Source: Gaiellales bacterium
Lineage (GTDB): Bacteria > Actinomycetota > Thermoleophilia > Gaiellales > JAICJC01
NCBI GenBank assembly: GCA_033856675.1
Contig: JAWVEN010000004.1
Location: 93,532 to 157,531, forward strand
Length of the DNA stretch: 64,000 nucleotides
Direction: 5' to 3'
Every line of letters starts with the position of its first letter. Within the stretch, counting starts at the first letter, position 1. The position numbers were made by a program, and so were the translations under genes. The notes below the pieces were generated by a model, which searched no databases, was not told where the DNA came from, and worked only from the letters and a program-made list of their open reading frames with translations. Positions 62,031 to 64,000 of this stretch are shown here, piece by piece.

Positions 62031-64000
62031 ATGACAGCTGTCGAGACCCCGCTGCTCCGCACCGACTTGGACGGGGTATTCCGCCCGCGCTCCGTTGCGA
62101 TCTACGGCCTTTCTCAGCGCACATCGGTACGAATCGCGGAGAACATGTCCGTGCCCGGCGTGCCCTTCTTCGGGATCAATCCGACCAAGACCGAGGCCTG
62201 CGGCATCACCTGCTACCCGTCCATGGCCGACCTGCCCGAGGTTCCCGAAATGGTCGTCATGGGCGTCGGCCATGGCCGTATCGAGGCGGCGATCGACGAC
62301 GTGCTGTCGGTGCCGGGTGTCCGCGCCATCATCACGCCGGGGCTCGGCAACGAGGCGGGGCACGATGGCCCGCCGATCAGCCGGCGCGTCGGCGCGAAGG
62401 TGGCCGAGGCCGGCATTGCGATGATCGGGCCCAACTGCATGGGGGTCGCGACGCCGGGACAGCCGTCGCCGTGGATCGGCACCCTGACCGAGAACTTCGC
62501 ACCCGGTCCGGTGGCCACACTCGTCCACTCGGGATCGATCGGCGAGATCCTGGTCTCGCTCGGCCCCCGCGTCGGGTTCCGCACCGTCGTCTCTGCCGGC
62601 AACGAGACGGTGACCGACGTCGCCGACATCATGGGCTACCTCGCAGACGACCCGGAGACCCGTGTCGTGGGACTCTTCCTGGAGGGTGTCAGGCGGCCGG
62701 CCGCGTTCGAGGAGGCGCTGCGCAGGCTCGCGGAGGCAGACAAGCCGGCGATCGTGCTCAAGGTCGGCACTTCCGAGATGGGCGCCCAGGCGGCGCTTGC
62801 ACACACCGGCGCGCTGGTCGGCTCCGACCGGTCGTTCTCGGCCATGCTGCGCTACTACAACGCCATCCGCAGCGACGACTTCACCGTGTGGCTGGAGCAC
62901 CTGGAGGCGTTCTCCCGGCGCAAGCCCCCTCGCGGCAAGCGGATCGGCGTCGTCACCAACTCCGGCGGCGAGGGCGAGTACTTCGCCGACAAGGCGGAGC
63001 AGGCCGGCATCCCGCTGGAGCTCTTCTCGCAGGAGCTGCGCGACAGGATGACCGCGGAGTTCCCCAACTTCACGCATGTCGGCAACCCGGCGGACTGCTG
63101 GGCGATCGACGACGACCGCGTCGTGTTCCCGCGGATGTTCGAGCTGATGGCGCAGTCGGGCGAGTTCGACGTCCTCATCTCTGCGATCGACCATTCCAAC
63201 CACCTGGTCGGCACGGAGCGGGAGCTGGCCGCCACGATCGCCGAGGATCTGCGCAAGGCGATCGAGGGAACCGACATCTTCCCTGCGGTGATCGGCGTGA
63301 CCTCGGCCTGCCCGCCCGTTGAGGACATGCGATGGGCGCGCGAGCACGACATCCCGCTGCTGAAGGGAAGCCTGCCCGGCCTTCGCGCGCTCGCCGCCCG
63401 GCTGCACCATGAGCGTCGCGTGCCGCCGCCGCGCGACGTCGAGCCGGCCGACCGACTGGCGGGCGAGGGTGCGCTGCCCGAGCTCGACTCGGCTCGCATC
63501 GCAGCGGAGTACGGCGTGCCGTACGTGCGTGCCGAGCGGTGTGCGTCGGCCGACGAGGCTGCCGCCGCCGCGGAGCAGATCGGCTACCCGGTCGTGGTCA
63601 AGATCGACAATGTCGCCCACAAGGCGCGGGTCGGCGGTGTGGCCCTGAACCTCACCGACGCCGGCGCGGTGCGCCAGGCGGCCGAGCGGATGGGCGGCCG
63701 GGTGATCGTCGCCGAGCAGGTGTCCGGCGGCGTCGAGGTGCTGGTGGGCATGGTCCGCGACAGCGACTACGGCGCGACGGTGGTGGTCGGCGTGGGCGGC
63801 GCGCTCGCAGAGGCGCTCGACCTGGTGTCGGCAAGTCTTGCCCCGCTCGACGAGCGCGGCGCACGTGAGCTGGTGGAATCGCTGCCGGCGCTCGTGCGGT
63901 TGCTGAACGGCCGGATTCCCGAGAGCCTGGTCGACGCGATCGTCGCGGTGTCGCGGCTGGCCGCCGAGCACCCCGAGATCTCCGAGATCGATGTCAATCC
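62031..64000 (+). CDS. ADP-forming acyl-CoA synthetase family protein (CoA-binding + ligase-CoA + ATP-grasp), 3' end off window
   Basis: Not in the ORF track because it has no stop in the window. Hand translation from the ATG at 62031 (after GGAGA) is open to position 64000. It gives FRPRSVAIYGLS, GPNCMGV, HSGSIG, ALAHTGALVGS and an ATP-grasp start (AEQIGYPVVVKI). Confidence 0.75.
   Translation, partial: MTAVETPLLRTDLDGVFRPRSVAIYGLSQRTSVRIAENMSVPGVPFFGINPTKTEACGITCYPSMADLPEVPEMVVMGVGHGRIEAAIDDVLSVPGVRAIITPGLGNEAGHDGPPISRRVGAKVAEAGIAMIGPNCMGVATPGQPSPWIGTLTENFAPGPVATLVHSGSIGEILVSLGPRVGFRTVVSAGNETVTDVADIMGYLADDPETRVVGLFLEGVRRPAAFEEALRRLAEADKPAIVLKVGTSEMGAQAALAHTGALVGSDRSFSAMLRYYNAIRSDDFTVWLEHLEAFSRRKPPRGKRIGVVTNSGGEGEYFADKAEQAGIPLELFSQELRDRMTAEFPNFTHVGNPADCWAIDDDRVVFPRMFELMAQSGEFDVLISAIDHSNHLVGTERELAATIAEDLRKAIEGTDIFPAVIGVTSACPPVEDMRWAREHDIPLLKGSLPGLRALAARLHHERRVPPPRDVEPADRLAGEGALPELDSARIAAEYGVPYVRAERCASADEAAAAAEQIGYPVVVKIDNVAHKARVGGVALNLTDAGAVRQAAERMGGRVIVAEQVSGGVEVLVGMVRDSDYGATVVVGVGGALAEALDLVSASLAPLDERGARELVESLPALVRLLNGRIPESLVDAIVAVSRLAAEHPEISEIDVN

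Noticed and set aside
61962-63971. 669-aa minus ORF and 437-aa plus ORF (62009..63322)
   Set aside because: Both are Arg/Gly/Asp-rich alternate frames of the real, open-ended acyl-CoA synthetase gene starting at 62031.

Overview
Very GC-rich, actinobacterial-style chromosomal segment. Codon third positions are almost all G/C, so the six-frame track is dominated by long spurious antisense or alternate-frame ORFs rich in R/P/G/A. I resolve about 50 plausible genes in five blocks. (1) 1-11.5 kb: transporters (APC, MATE, EamA), a LysR regulator, an odd Gly/His low-complexity protein and two tandem moeA genes. (2) 11.5-21.3 kb: one head-to-tail minus-strand array, selA-selB-mobA::moaD-aor-fdsA-fdsB, which links selenocysteine machinery, Mo/W cofactor maturation, a tungsten-type aldehyde:ferredoxin oxidoreductase and an NAD-type formate dehydrogenase. 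(3) 21.4-29.2 kb: a PBP5-type carboxypeptidase, a kinase-M23-aminotransferase triple fusion, hemerythrin, an M50 protease, a moaD::moaE fusion and a methylmalonyl-CoA mutase catalytic subunit. (4) 29.2-55.1 kb: a Wzx/Wzy-type surface-glycan locus. It has two sulfotransferases, two Wzy/O-antigen-ligase-like proteins, a priming transferase, a Wzz/BY-kinase-like protein, two GT4 enzymes, a nucleotide-pyrophosphatase-type enzyme and an HprK-like P-loop protein. It also carries an unusually large set of secreted proteins: a GH5 lipoprotein, two paralogous NHL beta-propellers, two paralogous TIM-barrel-like proteins and a BNR/Asp-box protein. (5) 55.1-64 kb: RNase H, then propionyl-CoA carboxylase (pccB/accA), mmsA, an Lrp regulator and an ADP-forming acyl-CoA synthetase that runs off the right edge and is absent from the ORF track. 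Many gene junctions are 4-nt GTGA/ATGA start-stop overlaps (6063, 13083, 15899, 17665, 22361, 26908, 36584, 40843, 55297, 57426). I used these to trim over-long ORF-track starts. I recognised no rRNA, tRNA (including tRNA-Sec), CRISPR array, transposase or integrase. The most unusual content is the sel/Mo/W array with its domain fusions and the sulfotransferase-bearing glycan locus with duplicated secreted modules. All functional calls rest on motif recognition by eye, not on database searches.
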